From Octopus vulgaris (taxonomy: Eukaryota), in assembly GCA_951406725.2 (NCBI GenBank), contig OX597838.1, positions 14,632,001 to 14,696,000 of the forward strand: a stretch of 64,000 nt of DNA, in the 5' to 3' direction. Positions 28,533 to 41,867 of the stretch are shown here, piece by piece (within the stretch, counting starts at the first letter, position 1; every line of letters starts with the position of its first letter). The translations under genes were made by a program, and so were the position numbers. The notes below the pieces were generated by a model that saw nothing but the letters and a program-made list of their open reading frames with translations, did no database searches and was not told where the DNA came from.

Positions 28533-28753
28533 CCCTTTTGTTACCGTATTTATTTTAAGACACTCTGTGTTCCTTTCAATTAGTTCTAAATATAACAAAG
28601 CATTTAGTAAAATAACTTAGTTACCATTAAGCTGGAGTTAGGCACATAAATTGTGACTCATGTTTGGTGGAAGATTTTAATTCAGAACTTATAAAAACAA
28701 AGTATTTGTACTACAGGCGAGAGACAGTTTCAGCTGGTTTGGTATCAAAAGGG
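28533..28753. mobile_element. piggyBac-type MITE family A
   Basis: TTAA|CCCTTTT...AAAAGGG|TTAA; aligns with the 9551 copy. Confidence 0.8.
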
Positions 28754-29400
28754 TTAAATTAATAATTACCAGAAACTTGATTAGGTTTTCATCATCATCA
28801 TATTATCATTTACTGTCCATTTTCCTAGCTGGCAAGAGTTGGATGGCTTGACAGCTGACAAGGCCAGGACCCACACCAGTTTGAAATAGTCTGTTTTATG
28901 GTTTGCTTTCTCCAGCTGGATGCCCTTCCTAATGCCAACCACTTTACAGAGTGTACTGGGTGCTTTGGACATGACACCCTCACTAATTCACAATTAGTAT
29001 TTTTTTTCTAACTTTTCATTTAAAAGGTGGGAGCAGTACTGATGCCTCTTTATTGGGTGTCTGGGACTGTTTGGGCAGAAGAGAAGAGGGTGTCTTCCAA
29101 CCCGAGAGCCGATCTTTGTTAGTAGCGATAATAACAGTATATTTTCATCTCATTATCAGTCTCATTAATATGCCGTCTGAGTAAAATATGTTAAGAATCC
29201 ACAACAAAATCACTGAAACAGATGTAGTTTTGAATAAAAAAAAGAATTTCCATTAACAGAAAAGCTCTGGTCTTAGAACTGGTTCTGTGATGTCACAATT
29301 AGAGTAATTATTTATAATATTTTTAACTGGTTTCTACTTCAAGATTTTTTTTTTTTTCCCCTCTTTGTAAAGAGATGAATAATAAGGTTTTGTTTTTCAG

Positions 29401-29458
29401 GAAGTTGATGAGGTGTTGAGTGATTGTATGCCAAGAATCTACCTGCAATCAGCAATTG
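29401..29458 (+). CDS. Candidate exon (58 nt): EVDEVLSDCMPRIYLQSAI
   Basis: Strong ttttgtttttcAG acceptor; weak G|GTAGTG donor; only one frame open. Confidence 0.28.
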
Positions 29459-30780
29459 GTAGTGCTTCAGAACAACAAGGGGAGATAATTTGAATAATTA
29501 ACGAATTAATTAAAAAGAAATAAAAGAATCAGATTTTTGTTAGTGGGTATGATGATAATATATAGTTTATTTTGGTAATTAACCTTGTTAATCTACTATC
29601 TTTGTAATTGGTGTCACTTAACTTTTTTGATATAACAAAATATAATAATAATAATAATAATTTCAAATTTTGCACAAGGCCAGCAATTTAGACGAAATAC
29701 TGCTAAGCATTTTGCTTGGCATGCTAACGATTCTGCCAGCTATAATAATAATAATAATAACAATAATTGTTTCAAATTTTGGTGCAAGGCTGGCAGTTTT
29801 GAAGGAGAGAGTAAGTCCCCAGTACTGAACTTGTACTTATTTTATCGATCCCCAAAAGGCTGGAAAGCAAAGTTGGCCCCTGCAAAATTTGAATTCAGAA
29901 TGTAATGGGTGATGAAATGCTGCTAAGCATTTTGCCCAGCTTGCCACCTTATTGCTATTATTAATAATAATGATAATAATAAACCTTTCTATTATAGGCA
30001 CAAGGCCTGTAATTTTGGGTGAGAGGGCTAGTCAATTATATCAACTCCAGTGCGTAACTGGTACTTAATTATTGATCCCGAAAGGATGAAAGGCAAAGTC
30101 AACTGCGCCAGAATTTGAACTCAGAATGTAAAGACAGATGAAATGCCTCTAAAGCATTTCGCCAGGTGTGCTACCGATTCTGCCAACTCACTGTCATATT
30201 AATTAATAACGATAAGAAGAATGGCAACACTGAAGTAACAGTAGTTTCTGTTTATTAAAAACTGTTTCTTTAAAAAGCAGTTCTAATTTGACAAATCTAT
30301 TTGTATTGTCAATGAGTGTGGCTATATATTTATAGAGTGTTGTCTATGTCTATGTATATATTATCTGTGTATGTAGCATACGGCTATGTGTATAGCAATG
30401 TTATCTATGCATGTATAATATATGCTTATATATGAAGTGTTGTACTCTGCAATTTAATCTAATAATCAGCTTTTGTATTGATATTATTGTTGACATAGTC
30501 GACGACCAATCACTCCCATACCGTACTATCTTGCTGTATTACTGCTAATCTGTACTATTTTATAGCTATACTACCAACTAGTAGAGTAGTGTACTGATAT
30601 AAAGCTTTGCTACTGCTATACTACCAACCAGTTCTATACTGTACTCTAAGCTGTGTTACTGCTGCTCTACCAAACAGTACTCTAGTGTGTACTATATATA
30701 TATATAATCTCTTGCATTGTAATTAGTGTTGACTTAGTATCGCTAACACTAAAAGTTCTTTAAAGTGTGTGATTGCTGCT

Positions 30781-30781
<1 letters not shown>

Positions 30782-30844
<63 letters not shown>
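30782..30844. repeat. (CT)n microsatellite
   Basis: Direct inspection. Confidence 0.97.
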
Positions 30845-30848
<4 letters not shown>

Positions 30849-30903
30849 TTCGCCTTCCGTATTCTTGGTATGTTATATTTAAGTCTGTTTATCTTTCAGA
30901 TTT

Positions 30904-30917
30904 GTTGCTATGACAAC
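30904..30917. promoter_or_regulatory. Candidate RFX X-box
   Basis: GTTGCT-AT-GACAAC fits the GTHNYY-AT-RRNAAC consensus. Confidence 0.35.
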
Positions 30918-32571
30918 ATATAGCTTCTAGGGTTGATAATTAATTATTTATCAGCAACAAACGGGGAGTGTGGGTAGGTGGGTAGTGGTGGCAGCAGACA
31001 TTGATTCCTTTATGTGTTTTTTTTTATTTCTTTTTTTCTCCGTTTCTTTTAACAAAATGCAAATCTTCATTGACCCTAAAAAAAGTTGTATTAATAAGAG
31101 AGTAGTAGTAGTAGTAGTTGTTGTCGAACAAACAGCTGTCCTTCATAAGACAAATGTCCTCTTCATTTCAGGTTGCTATGTCTGGTGGCTATGCTTTCTG
31201 CATACAAGCCTTCTTACAACTGGCTTTTCACTAAACAGAAAGAATTGCAGATATCTGCTTTTTTTTCTTCTATTTTCTGTTCTATTTAACCACTTCACTA
31301 CCAACGCATCCATGACTGCAAGCTTCTTCTTATCTGGAACTACGTACAGACATAACAAATGAAAGGTTCATAGTTAATGAGAATCTTGACCTTGCCAGAC
31401 GTTTGATAAAATGCCCCGCAGTGTTCCTTCAGACTCTTTAAAGTCGCAGTTGAAATCGTGCTGCAGCCAAATCCACCTTTCATCCCTCTGGGGTTGATAT
31501 AATAAATAAAGTACCAGTGAAGAACTGGGATCATTGGTATAGACTGCTCGCACACCTTTCAAATTTGATGGCCTTGTGTCTCAATAGTAAACGTTATTCT
31601 CATCATCATTATTATTATTATTATTATTATTTCTTACGACTTTATATTTCATTAATAAAAGTAATGATGTTTTCTATATTAAGAAAGTATTATTATTATT
31701 ATTAAGGCAGCAAGCTGGCAGGATCGTTAGCACACTAGGCGAAATGCGGTATTTCGTCTGTCTTTATGTTCTGAGTTCAAATTCCGCCGAGGTCGACTTT
31801 ACCTTTCATCCTTTCGGGGTCGATAAATTAAGTACCAGTTGCATACTATCACCCCCCCCAAAAAAAAAAAACAAACATTTTCAAGACCTTGTGCCTAGTG
31901 TAGAAATAATAATTAATCTTATTGTTATTTTTCATGACTTTATATTTCATTAATAAAAGTAAAAATGCTTTCTACATTAAGAAAGCATTATTATTATTAT
32001 TATTATTAATATTATTAAGGTGGTGAGCTGGCAAAATCGTTAGCATGCCAGGCAAAATGTTTAGCTGCATTTTGTCTATCGTTACGTTCTGAGTTCAAAT
32101 TCCACTGATGTCGACTTTGCATTTCATCCTTTCGGGGTTGATAAAATAAGTACCAGTTGAGTACTGGGGTTGATGTAATTGACTTACCCCTTCCCCTGAT
32201 CGTGTCAACCTTGTGCCAAAATTTGAAACCATTATTGTATTACTCAAGGCTTTATATTTCATTAATAAAATTAAATAATGCTTTATATATTAAAAAAGCA
32301 TTATTAGAATATATATATATATATATATATGAAATATATATTAAAAAAGTATTAAGGTAGTGAGTAGTAGAACTACTTAGGTGTCAGACAAAATGTTTAA
32401 TGGTATTTCTTCCAGCTCTTTGCGTTCTGAGGTCAAATCTTCCCAGGGACAACTTTGCCTTTCTTTCTTTCATCCATTCAGGGTCAAATTACCAGTTGAG
32501 CATTAGGGACTGATGTAAATCAACTGGCTCCCTTTCCCGAAATTTTAGGCCATGTGTCTATAGTTGAAAGG

Positions 32572-32622
<51 letters not shown>

Positions 32623-32763
32623 GACTATTTACATTATTCAGAATTCAAATCCCGTCGAGGTCACCTTTGCCTTTCACCCCCCCTCCCCATCCGAATCAAT
32701 ATAATCGAGTATTTCTACCTCACAACCAAATTTGTGACTGTGTGTCTGTATTATTAGAAACAG

Positions 32764-32801
<38 letters not shown>

Positions 32802-33156
32802 GTTTAGCTGTTCAGCTGTTATTCTATACAAACAAAGCAATTTTCATAGAAAAAGTGAACATGAGCTAATTTCATCAAAATTTGACCACAAGCTAATTAC
32901 GCGCAAAAAAAAAAAAATTAGACATGGAGCTAAATTCAATGAAATAGGAAAAACAACAACAAAAGGCCAATTCACCATGGTTTATTCCAATAAAAATAAA
33001 AACAAATTTCTAATTAAAATCAATGAGTTTTCTTTTAACGAACAGTAGCAAGACTCTACAAAAAATGTTTTTGTGCTGATGTAAGACATTCTCTAGACTG
33101 TTCAAACTGATGTTTTATCTTTGTTTAAACTAAAAAGCAATGTTTCAAATGGCTGA

Positions 33157-33567
33157 GCAGGAATGGCTGTGTGGTAAGTTGCTTGCTAACCAACCACATG
33201 GTTCCGGGTTCAGTCCCACTGCGTGGCATCTTGGGCAAGTGTCTTCTGCTATAGCCCCGGGCCGACCAATGCCTTGTGAGTGGATTTGGTAGACAGAAAC
33301 TGAAAGAAGCCTGTCGTATATATGTATATATATATATAAGTATGTGTGTATATGTTTGTGTGTCTGTGTTTGTCCCCCTAGCATTGCTTGACAACCGATG
33401 CTGGTGTGTTTACGTCCCCGTCACTTAGCGGTTCGGCAAAAGAGACCGATAGAATAAGTACTGGGCTTACAAAGAATAAGTCCCGGGGTCGATTTGCTCG
33501 ACTAAAGGCGGTGCTCCAGCATGGCCGCAGTCAAATGACTGAAACAAGTAAAAGAGAAAAGAGAGAG
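33157..33567 (+). mobile_element. SINE family 1, full length
   Basis: CpG-rich, apparently young copy. Confidence 0.85.
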
Positions 33568-35277
33568 TATCCATTTATCATCAGTTACCATAGGTATAAG
33601 GTATCGCTGTGTGGTTAAGGGGCTTGCTTTGCGACCATGTGGCATCAGGTTTAATACCGTTGCCTGGCACCCTGATCCAACAGACTTGTGACGGCGAGTG
33701 TTTTTGGATGCGACCACTTTCAAGATGCTGAGCCTTACAAAGGCAATGACTAATGACCGAGGTATGTCAGCCAATGGGCTGAGTTGTTAAGCTGCTTTGT
33801 GTTATCTGTTCCAGCTTTCTGCATACTGGGTTCAAATTTCACAGAGATCAACTTTGCCTTTCATTCCTTCATGGTTGATAAAGTCTAGCAGAGTTGTGGA
33901 TTTGGTGAAATTATAAAAGCTTCAGATAATATGCCTTGGCAGTATCTATTCCGGCTCTTTGTGTTTGAGCTCAGATTCTGTTGTCTATCACCAGCTTTCT
34001 CACTGAGAAACATATCCCTAAGGGTCTTGCTAATGCTAATGACTTCTGATGTTAGAATGACCTATCAGTTGGAGCCATATTTCAGTCTGATCAATAAAAC
34101 AAATTGCTCCTACAACAAAGTGGAAGAAACGTTAGTACAGGAAAAAGTCAGAAAATATATTTTTACATTTCCTTCAATGGGGATTGAACTTGCAAACATT
34201 TGTTCAGTTTTCAAAACTCCAAATCATTCATCTTAAATCTAAACAGAAGGCACCTGAAGATGCCTGGAGAATATACCATTTGCAATAACATTTCATCAAA
34301 TATATCTAATCAAAATTCTGATTAATTTTTGCTAATTTAATAATAACAACACTTTTATTTTATTTACTTTTTTTTTATATAATTATAGAAACGAGAGCAA
34401 CATTTAATCAAGGACTTAATTGATAAGGTTTCAGCGGTTTGGGGTTTAGGCCTAATTTCTTGGCAAATACTAGCTTTACAAAACCTTGTGAGAAGATGGA
34501 GAGGTGTGTGCGGAAAATACGAGGCAAATGTTCAAATGCTGTGTCTGTTGGCATACATGAAATGATTGTATTAACTAAATTTTGATGGTCTTTTATTATA
34601 TAAGTTGCTGAATAACAAACGCCAAAGGTAACATTTCGTGTGTGGACTTAGCAAAAAGGCTTGATTGAATAGAGGGTTATTGATTTTGGCAAGAACTCTA
34701 AATCATTACTTGGTGTGTCCATGCACCATAGCAGTTACCCCTCACCTACCTTACTCCCTCCACATACCCCCACCATTTCAATTAAATCAACACCAATGGT
34801 ATAAAAAGATTTTGACTTTTTTTTTTCTGAGAATTTATTGTAATGATATTAATGTGAATACCCCACCACCACCATGCTTTTTTTGGGGCATTACTGTAAT
34901 TTTTTTTTTCCTTAATAACTTCCATATGGTCTGAGTTAACTCAAATTTAACAAAACTGATAATAGCCAAAATATAAATTAATTAGAATCATCATTTTCCT
35001 GACACTGTAATTATATCTTCGATGACCTGTAAGGGTTTACACCACTTGCCAGGGTGTTCTTTATTTACTAGATTAAAACTTGAGATTTTAAAAACCCATT
35101 TGATTTATCTTTCTTTGGTTGTTATTATTATTTAATCATAGGTTAAAGTGGTGAGCTGGTAGAGCTATTACCATTCTGGAGAAAATGCTTAATAACATTT
35201 TGTTTGTTTTAATGTTCTGTGTTCAAATTCTGCAGAGGTCAACTTTGTCTTTCATCCTTTTGGGGTTGATAAAATAG

Positions 35278-35523
35278 GTCGTCGGCATCTTCACTATCTC
35301 GTCTGGCAGCTTATTCCACGGATCCGCAACCCGGACGGAGAAAGCCCCTCTCCTTCGATTGAGATGAAATTGTCGCAGGTAGAGCTTTTTGGAGTGACCC
35401 CGCAGCTGATGCTCTGGAGCAGGAGTGAAGAACAGCTCTTTTGAGAGGTTACACTTTCCGCTTATGATGTTGTGAGCGAGAATGAGATCACCACGGCGGT
35501 GGCGTTTTTCTAGAGAATAACGG
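35278..35523 (-). mobile_element. CR1-group LINE ORF2 C-terminal fragment
   Basis: ORF 35223-35615 contains YSLEKRHRRGDLI...LRGHSKKL...AFSVRVADPWNKLPDEIV, a classic CR1 C-terminal motif set. Confidence 0.85.
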
Positions 35524-35529
35524 TCGAGC

Positions 35530-35830
35530 GTTGACCGTGGGATTGCACCTAGAAAGTTTCCCTCCAAGGCACAAGTCCAGACAAGGTTGTTTATGGAAGA
35601 CCAGTAGTTGCCCATGCATGCCAGCCTCCCTTCTCCACACCACGGATGTTATCCAAGGGAAAGGGAATGGCCAATACAGCTTGGCACCATTGACATTGCA
35701 ACCCATTTCTACAGTTGAGTGAACCGGAGCAATGTAAAATAAAGTGTCTTGCTCAAAAACACGACACAATCCAGTATGGAAACCGAACTCACTATCTCAT
35801 GATTGTGAGCCCAATGCTCCTACCACTGAG
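35530..35830 (-). mobile_element. Second tRNA-headed CORE-like SINE (family 4)
   Basis: Minus strand has ctcagtggtag...gagttcggtttcc...tttgagcaagacacttt. Related copies at ~27668-27948 (-) and ~56990-57260 (+). Confidence 0.65.
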
Positions 35831-36258
35831 ACATAGATCTTCGATATGATTAAAGGTGTTTTGGCTCTACAACCACCTGTGGGTTTTTCTTTTGGTAGGG
35901 GTGAGGTCAGAAACTGTACTGGCCAAGGTATTTATTCTTTATTTGAAGATGACTGTAAGATGTGACTCGAGGGAGATGTGGCTGCCGTATTTATTTGTTA
36001 TTTCTAGCAGGTCTACATAACATTATCTCCATTGGCCTGTGGCTTCCATTTTGGTTAAATCAAGGTCACTGCTAGTTTAGCTATATTGATCTGAATCAAA
36101 CACAACCACCACCACCACATGCTATTTTGGTAGCTGTAGCAGAACTCTTCTGTGGCTGACATATTCACACCAGTTCCTTCAATGTCCACATTTTTCTTTC
36201 TTGCATATAACCCCCTTTTTTTTTTTTCTTTTTTTTTTTTGTATTTTTTTCAAATTAG

Positions 36259-36294
36259 TTTGATCCAAAGGAAAAGGTTAAGTCCATGGCCTTT
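36259..36294 (+). CDS. Candidate micro-exon (36 nt, phase 0-0): FDPKEKVKSMAF
   Basis: Long poly-T tract plus TAG acceptor, GTAAGT donor, frame-preserving length. Confidence 0.3.
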
Positions 36295-36885
36295 GTAAGT
36301 CCTTCAGGTCAGTTTGAACATCAGCCACAATATTTTCACTTGTAAAAAAAAAAAGGACCTGCAAAGGTCATTAGCGATGTTGCTGCTCCTCCAACCAACC
36401 CCTTCCACTAACCTCTGTCACAACAACTACAAATATCTGATTACACATACTGAAATCTAGATTTTATGCCCAAACATGCTTTATTATATTTAAATATGAT
36501 AAACTAGTTTGTGCAAGTTGTATTAATTATTTATCTAACATAATTATTTATCTAAGATGATTATTTATCTTGACTTGCCAGACATTGACTGTTACTGTAG
36601 CTGCTCTCTCTCTCTCTCTCTCTCTCGCTTTTCCCCCTCTTTCCGCTACCATTGCCATCATCATCATCAAAACCTTATTTTTATTGCGGTTGTTATTGTC
36701 TGCAAGACATGAAGTGACAAAGTGGGACTGAGGTAAGAGAACACAAAATCAACAGATTGTTGCCTGTTTACCAAAGTTTGTACCAGAAATTAACTGCAGT
36801 ATTTCAAGACACAACTGATAGCATATATGATGGTGATGTTGTTTGTTTGACAGTGTTTCTGTAATTATAAATTCTTTTATTTTAA

Positions 36886-37362
36886 CCCTTTAGTGTTCAG
36901 ATGCTAGCATGGAAAACGGACACTAAATGATGATTACTCTGTTAAATATAATATTTTTTTACTCAAATTGTTTTTAATTAATCATTCATTATCTTATAGC
37001 TTTGAGGTTTCAATGACGTGATTGTTCATTGTTAGAATGTCAATGTAGGTTAGGTGTGAGAGCCCTGATCTGGTCAGTTTAACCCTTTAGTGTTTAAACC
37101 GGCCATATCAGGCCAAAATTGTCTTCCTGTTTTATTTTTAAAACGAGCCAGCTCTGACCTCTCACACCTACCCTACAAAGTCATTCTAAAAATAAACAGG
37201 GACATCATCAATATCCCAGAGTTACAAAATGCTGTACAATTAATTTAAAACAATGTAATTAAAGAGGCTTTACATTTGACAGAATAATCTGAATGCTAAA
37301 GGGTTAAACATAAAATAGGTAGAAAACTTCAGCCGGATATGGCCAGTTTAAACACTAAAGGG
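36886..37362. mobile_element. piggyBac-type MITE family B with nested inverted family B copy (37083-37303)
   Basis: Outer CCCTTTAG...CTAAAGGG. The inner copy is flanked by TTAA at 37079-82 and 37304-07. Confidence 0.8.
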
Positions 37363-37683
37363 TTGAAGAAAGTTTGGTATCTGTGAGAATGTGTGTGTGT
37401 GTAGAGAGAGAGAGAGAGGGGCTTCTGTGTTTCTGCATCTACTTTATATAACTGACGATGATGTACATATACCAATGTGCTTACAAAGCCCTCTCTATCC
37501 CCCAAACGCTACAGTGTTTCAAGTTAGCTGGTTGGCAGGAGCCCCGCCACTTTTATGCTCATTAACCCTGTCAGCACTCCTAACTCCTTAGATAAGCTTT
37601 GCAGGTGGCTGAACTTACCTCCCTTAAGTATGTACCTTCATAACCCATACACAGCGAAAAAAAACAAAAAAAACCACTACCTA

Positions 37684-38085
37684 GGCGCAGGAGTGGCTGT
37701 GTGGTAAGTAGCTTGTTTACCAACCACATGGTTCCAGGTTCAGTCCCACTGCGTGGCACCTTGGGCAAGTGTCTTCTTCTATAGCCTCGGGCCGACCAAA
37801 ACCTTGTGAGTGGATTTGGTAGACGGAAACTGAAAGAAGCCCGTCGTATATATGTATATATATTTATATGCGTGTGTGTGTTTGTCCCCCTAGCATTGCT
37901 TGACAACTGATGCTGGTGTGTTTATGTCCCTGTTACTTAGTGGTTCGGCAAAAGAGACTGATAGAATAAGTACTGGGCTTATGAAAGAATAAGTCCCGGG
38001 GTCGAGTTGCTCGATTAAAGGCGGTGCTCCAGCATGGCTGCAGTCAAATGACTGAAACAAGTAAAAGAGTAAAGAGTAAGAGAGT
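37684..38085 (+). mobile_element. SINE family 1, full length
   Basis: Same head, CORE segment and tail. Confidence 0.85.
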
Positions 38086-38239
38086 CTCCTACATAGTTCA
38101 CTCATAGCCCCTAGAACACTTGGAGTAAATAAACAATCCCTACAAAAGGAATGCTTCCACACCCAGCACTACAAGTTTCTACAAAATCCTTCATTTGAAC
38201 TGTGATGGATGCCTCCTTACATTATACACCCTTCCAGCT

Positions 38240-39520
38240 TCCTCCCATACAGCAACTGATCCTTTTTGATCTCTTGTGGAAAGGATCACTAGCGACTTAT
38301 CTGATTCTAGCACGACCCTTCTCTTACCCCTTCTCAAACATGCTGGTTCTGCAAGTATTCTCTCAGAGAAAGCCTCGGCATTTCCTGCTCACTTGGCATC
38401 TGACTCCACACTAAAACTCACCCTTTCACTCCACCATACTAACCATCACATACACATACATAAAGTATTCCTTATTGCTTCAGACCAACAAGACCATCAG
38501 CCCTGACAATATCCCATTACCAAGACTAGATTAAGACCCATAGAAGCCCTAAGCTCTTTAGAAAATTTTGGTGCTTCCATATATATGTACTTCGAAATAA
38601 GCAATAACAAACCATACTTTAAATTCCTATTTTTCAAAATGAAACAAAACAAACAATAAGATGGAAAATAATGTTTATTTTTGTTTACTTGTTTACTTCT
38701 ACTGTCTTTATATTTGAACAGTTTTTTTTCCTATTTTTTTTTATTGCAAACTCTTTGATCGGATCCTCACTATGACACCATGAACACTTCAAATTATATT
38801 TCTGATTATATAATCTGCTTCAAATATTCTTTTAGCAAGTTTAAAGTGATTTCTTCTGTATTGTAAGCCATTTACCATTTCCGTGGTGCCCCACTTTCCT
38901 TGATGTCCTAAGCATGTGCTTCTTTTGGTTAATGGTCAATCCAGTGCTACCTGTTACCCTCAAAGAATGTATCTGAGCTAGCCTTTTCTCTCACTGAAAT
39001 CTTTTAAGCCCGCTCTCTCGTGAGACAGTGACCTTTGGAAGTACCCTATGGCATGTCTCATGTAGACAAAGAACCACCTCTTGACATAATTGTTGACACT
39101 GCCAACTACATACAGTATTGCATTCCCTTTTTGTACCCCAAATATGATGCAGACAGCCACTTGTCTTATCAAACAACTTGTATCTCTCTCCTTCCTTGCT
39201 GACTGCCTGCCAGTATAGTTCTCATAACCCAGGTCCACATGAGACCTCCTCTTATACGACACTTGACTTTCAGTGTAAGCAGTGTTGTTACCCAGAATAT
39301 CAGCCATACTATCGACCATGTTTGGCATGCAACTTTTTTTTTGTTAAAACTGGCTGCTCTGGGCTTTTTTTTTTTTTGTGTGTGTATGTTTTTGCTCAGC
39401 TCTCTTCTCATTTCTCATGTTCCAGTCATACATTAAAACCAACACTGATTCCTTCTTTCCCCAGAACTTCTGTCCCTCCGGAATTCCTCCCATGCACTTT
39501 TGTCCTGCTGCTCTTGACTT
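38240..39520 (+). mobile_element. Highly decayed CR1/L2-group LINE ORF2 remnants
   Basis: Frameshifted motifs in the expected order: SEKASAFPAHLASDSTL (cf. KAxLFAxxFASNSTL), SPDNIP (cf. GPDGIP), SLLTACQY (cf. LLSDRQYGF), VVTQNISHTIDHVWH (cf. VVALDISKAFDRVWH). Confidence 0.6.
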
Positions 39521-40067
39521 ATAACCGTTTGGTTAAATGGAATGTTAATGGAATCAAGCTCTTCCAGTCTTGGGAGGTGTATGAAAGAGGGGGTAGGTGG
39601 ACGGGATGGCCAGAGAGTCCGTTGGCTTTTCACCATTTCCTTTCACTCGTAGCAAACAAATAATTAAATAACTCTTCAATTAGAAACTACTAATTGTTAT
39701 TTCTAAATATCATTGCATTAGCAGACTTCGTGTGTAATTGAATCTCCAGGTTAATTTTAAAATGTTTAACTATGGGTTGATGTGCGTAGCTCGAAATGTT
39801 AAAACTATAATATACTAGTTAATGCAATCATTGTCACATACCTGGTTAAAGCATTGCATAAATCTTATTAATCACATACACACTCACACAGGTATCACAT
39901 ACACACTCACACAGGTATACACACTCACAGTCAGGTATTAATCACATACACACTCACACGGCAATAGTCAGGTATTAATCACATACACACTCACGCGGCA
40001 ATAGTCAGGTGTTATGTACAATGGATGCTGAACCATCATACTCTTGTAACCCAATGGCATTATTATC

Positions 40068-40415
40068 CCGATGCCAGCGCCGCCTTGGCTGGCTTCCGTG
40101 CCGGTGGCACGTTAAAAGCACCAACCGATATCGTGGCCGATGCCAGACTCCCCTGGCACCTGTGCCGGTGGCACGTTAAAAGCACCAGCCGATCGTGGCC
40201 GATGCCAGACTCCCCTGGCACCTGTGCCGGTGGCACGTAAAAAGCACCCACTACACTCGCGGAGTGGTTGGCGTTAGGAAGGGCATCCAGGTGTAGAAAC
40301 ACTGCCAGATCAGACTGGAGCCTGGTGCAGCCTTCTGGCTTCCCTGACCCCGGTCGAACCGTCCAACCCGTGCTAGCGCGGAAAACAGACGTTAAACGAC
40401 GATGATGATGATGAT
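40068..40415 (+). mobile_element. Retroposon with ggttggcgttaggaagggcatcc domain and RTE-like (GAT)n tail (family 3)
   Basis: Internal gtgccggtggcacg repeats; ends gacgttaaacgacgatgatgat. Other copies at 15990-16137 (+), 46806-47060 (-), 26400-26555 (-) and 28792-28975 (-). Confidence 0.75.
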
Positions 40416-41867
40416 ATATTGTTGGTCTGTTTGTTACTCTCTAGGCTGCTATGATTTGTCCAGTTTTTAATCATTCTAGGTCTTGCTTTCTCGATTAGAG
40501 TGGATTGTGACTGCTTAACAGAATCCAAATCAATTAATCCCATGATGATAGTGGAAACGCTATAGTGTTTTATGTGTGATAATGTGAAATACACTGAAAA
40601 TATATTTTGTGTAATTCAAAACATTATTCCAGTATGCAAGCCGATACGATAGATAGGCTTGTTGTATCCGGTCTTACCAGTTGTGAGTTCTTCGGAATGA
40701 AAGTCTGAGTTGTTTACTGTTCATTAGCCCCAAGAAACATCGTTTCTAGCTGGGTCACTGTTGATGCCCCAGCATGACTGCAGTCTTTGGGCTGAAACAC
40801 ATGAAAAAGAGCACATGATCAGCTACGTGAAGCTGAGTAGCAGTTTGTGAAGTGTTTTCAGCCTCGTGAAATACATGCATGGAAAGTCAGAAGCTGCTAC
40901 AAGGAGTCATAAATGTGATTTCATGCCTGAGGCAAATATCTGGTAAACCATACTGGATAAATTTATTTGCCACTGGAATTTTACAAATAAACATCGGTTG
41001 TATTGAGATAGGCTTAAACACTAGGTATGCGCGTATGCATACGTGTGTGTGTGCACGCACGCATATATATATACATATACGCACACACACACACACACAC
41101 ACATCCTATGTTTTTCTGTTTCTCCTCTTTCGTTTCCTCTCTCTAATTCTTTTAATCTCTCCTCCCCCTTTCGTTTTTTCTCTCTCATCCTGTCTCTAAT
41201 TCTTTTCCTCTCTCCCACTCTTCTGCCTTTGGTCTCTCGCTGCTCGCATGTGACCATCGGCCATCTTTTCCTAACCTGGATTTCTTTCTGTCTCCCTGAT
41301 CAGCCACAGGGATAAGATGCATTCTTGTCTGTCTCCTGTCAGAGCTTGTTCCTCCGCGTTCAGGCTTAGCAGCCCTTCCTGTTACCAACAGGAGCAACTG
41401 TTTTGTCGAAAATGTATTTTGTCGTTAATTGCTCGAAATACGAAGTAGAAAAACAGCCGGCAACTGATGAAGGGTCGTTTTATTATGTTGCTTGTCTTGT
41501 TTTCCATTTGTTTCTTTTGTTGTTCGCAAAAAAAAGATTGTATTCCATGTTGTTTACATTCTGCGATGTCCTGTGCCCAGAGAGAGAGAGAGAGAGAGAG
41601 AATACTAGTTGGAAACCAGGTAGCCCAAACTGAATGTGCTTTACAACATACTAATATATATACTCGTAAGTCCCAAAAAATATTACATTATACACACACA
41701 TCTACAGACGTACATATACCTATGTATGTATGCATATGTATGTAAATATATATATATTTGCCCCTGTCACCCATCGAAAGCTTGGCTACATGGCTACAGC
41801 ATTTCCTTTGTTCTGTAAACCCCTCAACCCCCCCCCCCCCGAATCAATTTTGAAGTAGGTCAAGCTG

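Noticed and set aside
30970-31362. 130 aa hydrophobic ORF
   Set aside because: Driven by T-rich and (GTA)n low complexity; no recognisable domain.
38978-39328. 116 aa minus-strand ORF
   Set aside because: Antisense to decayed LINE reverse transcriptase motifs on the plus strand.
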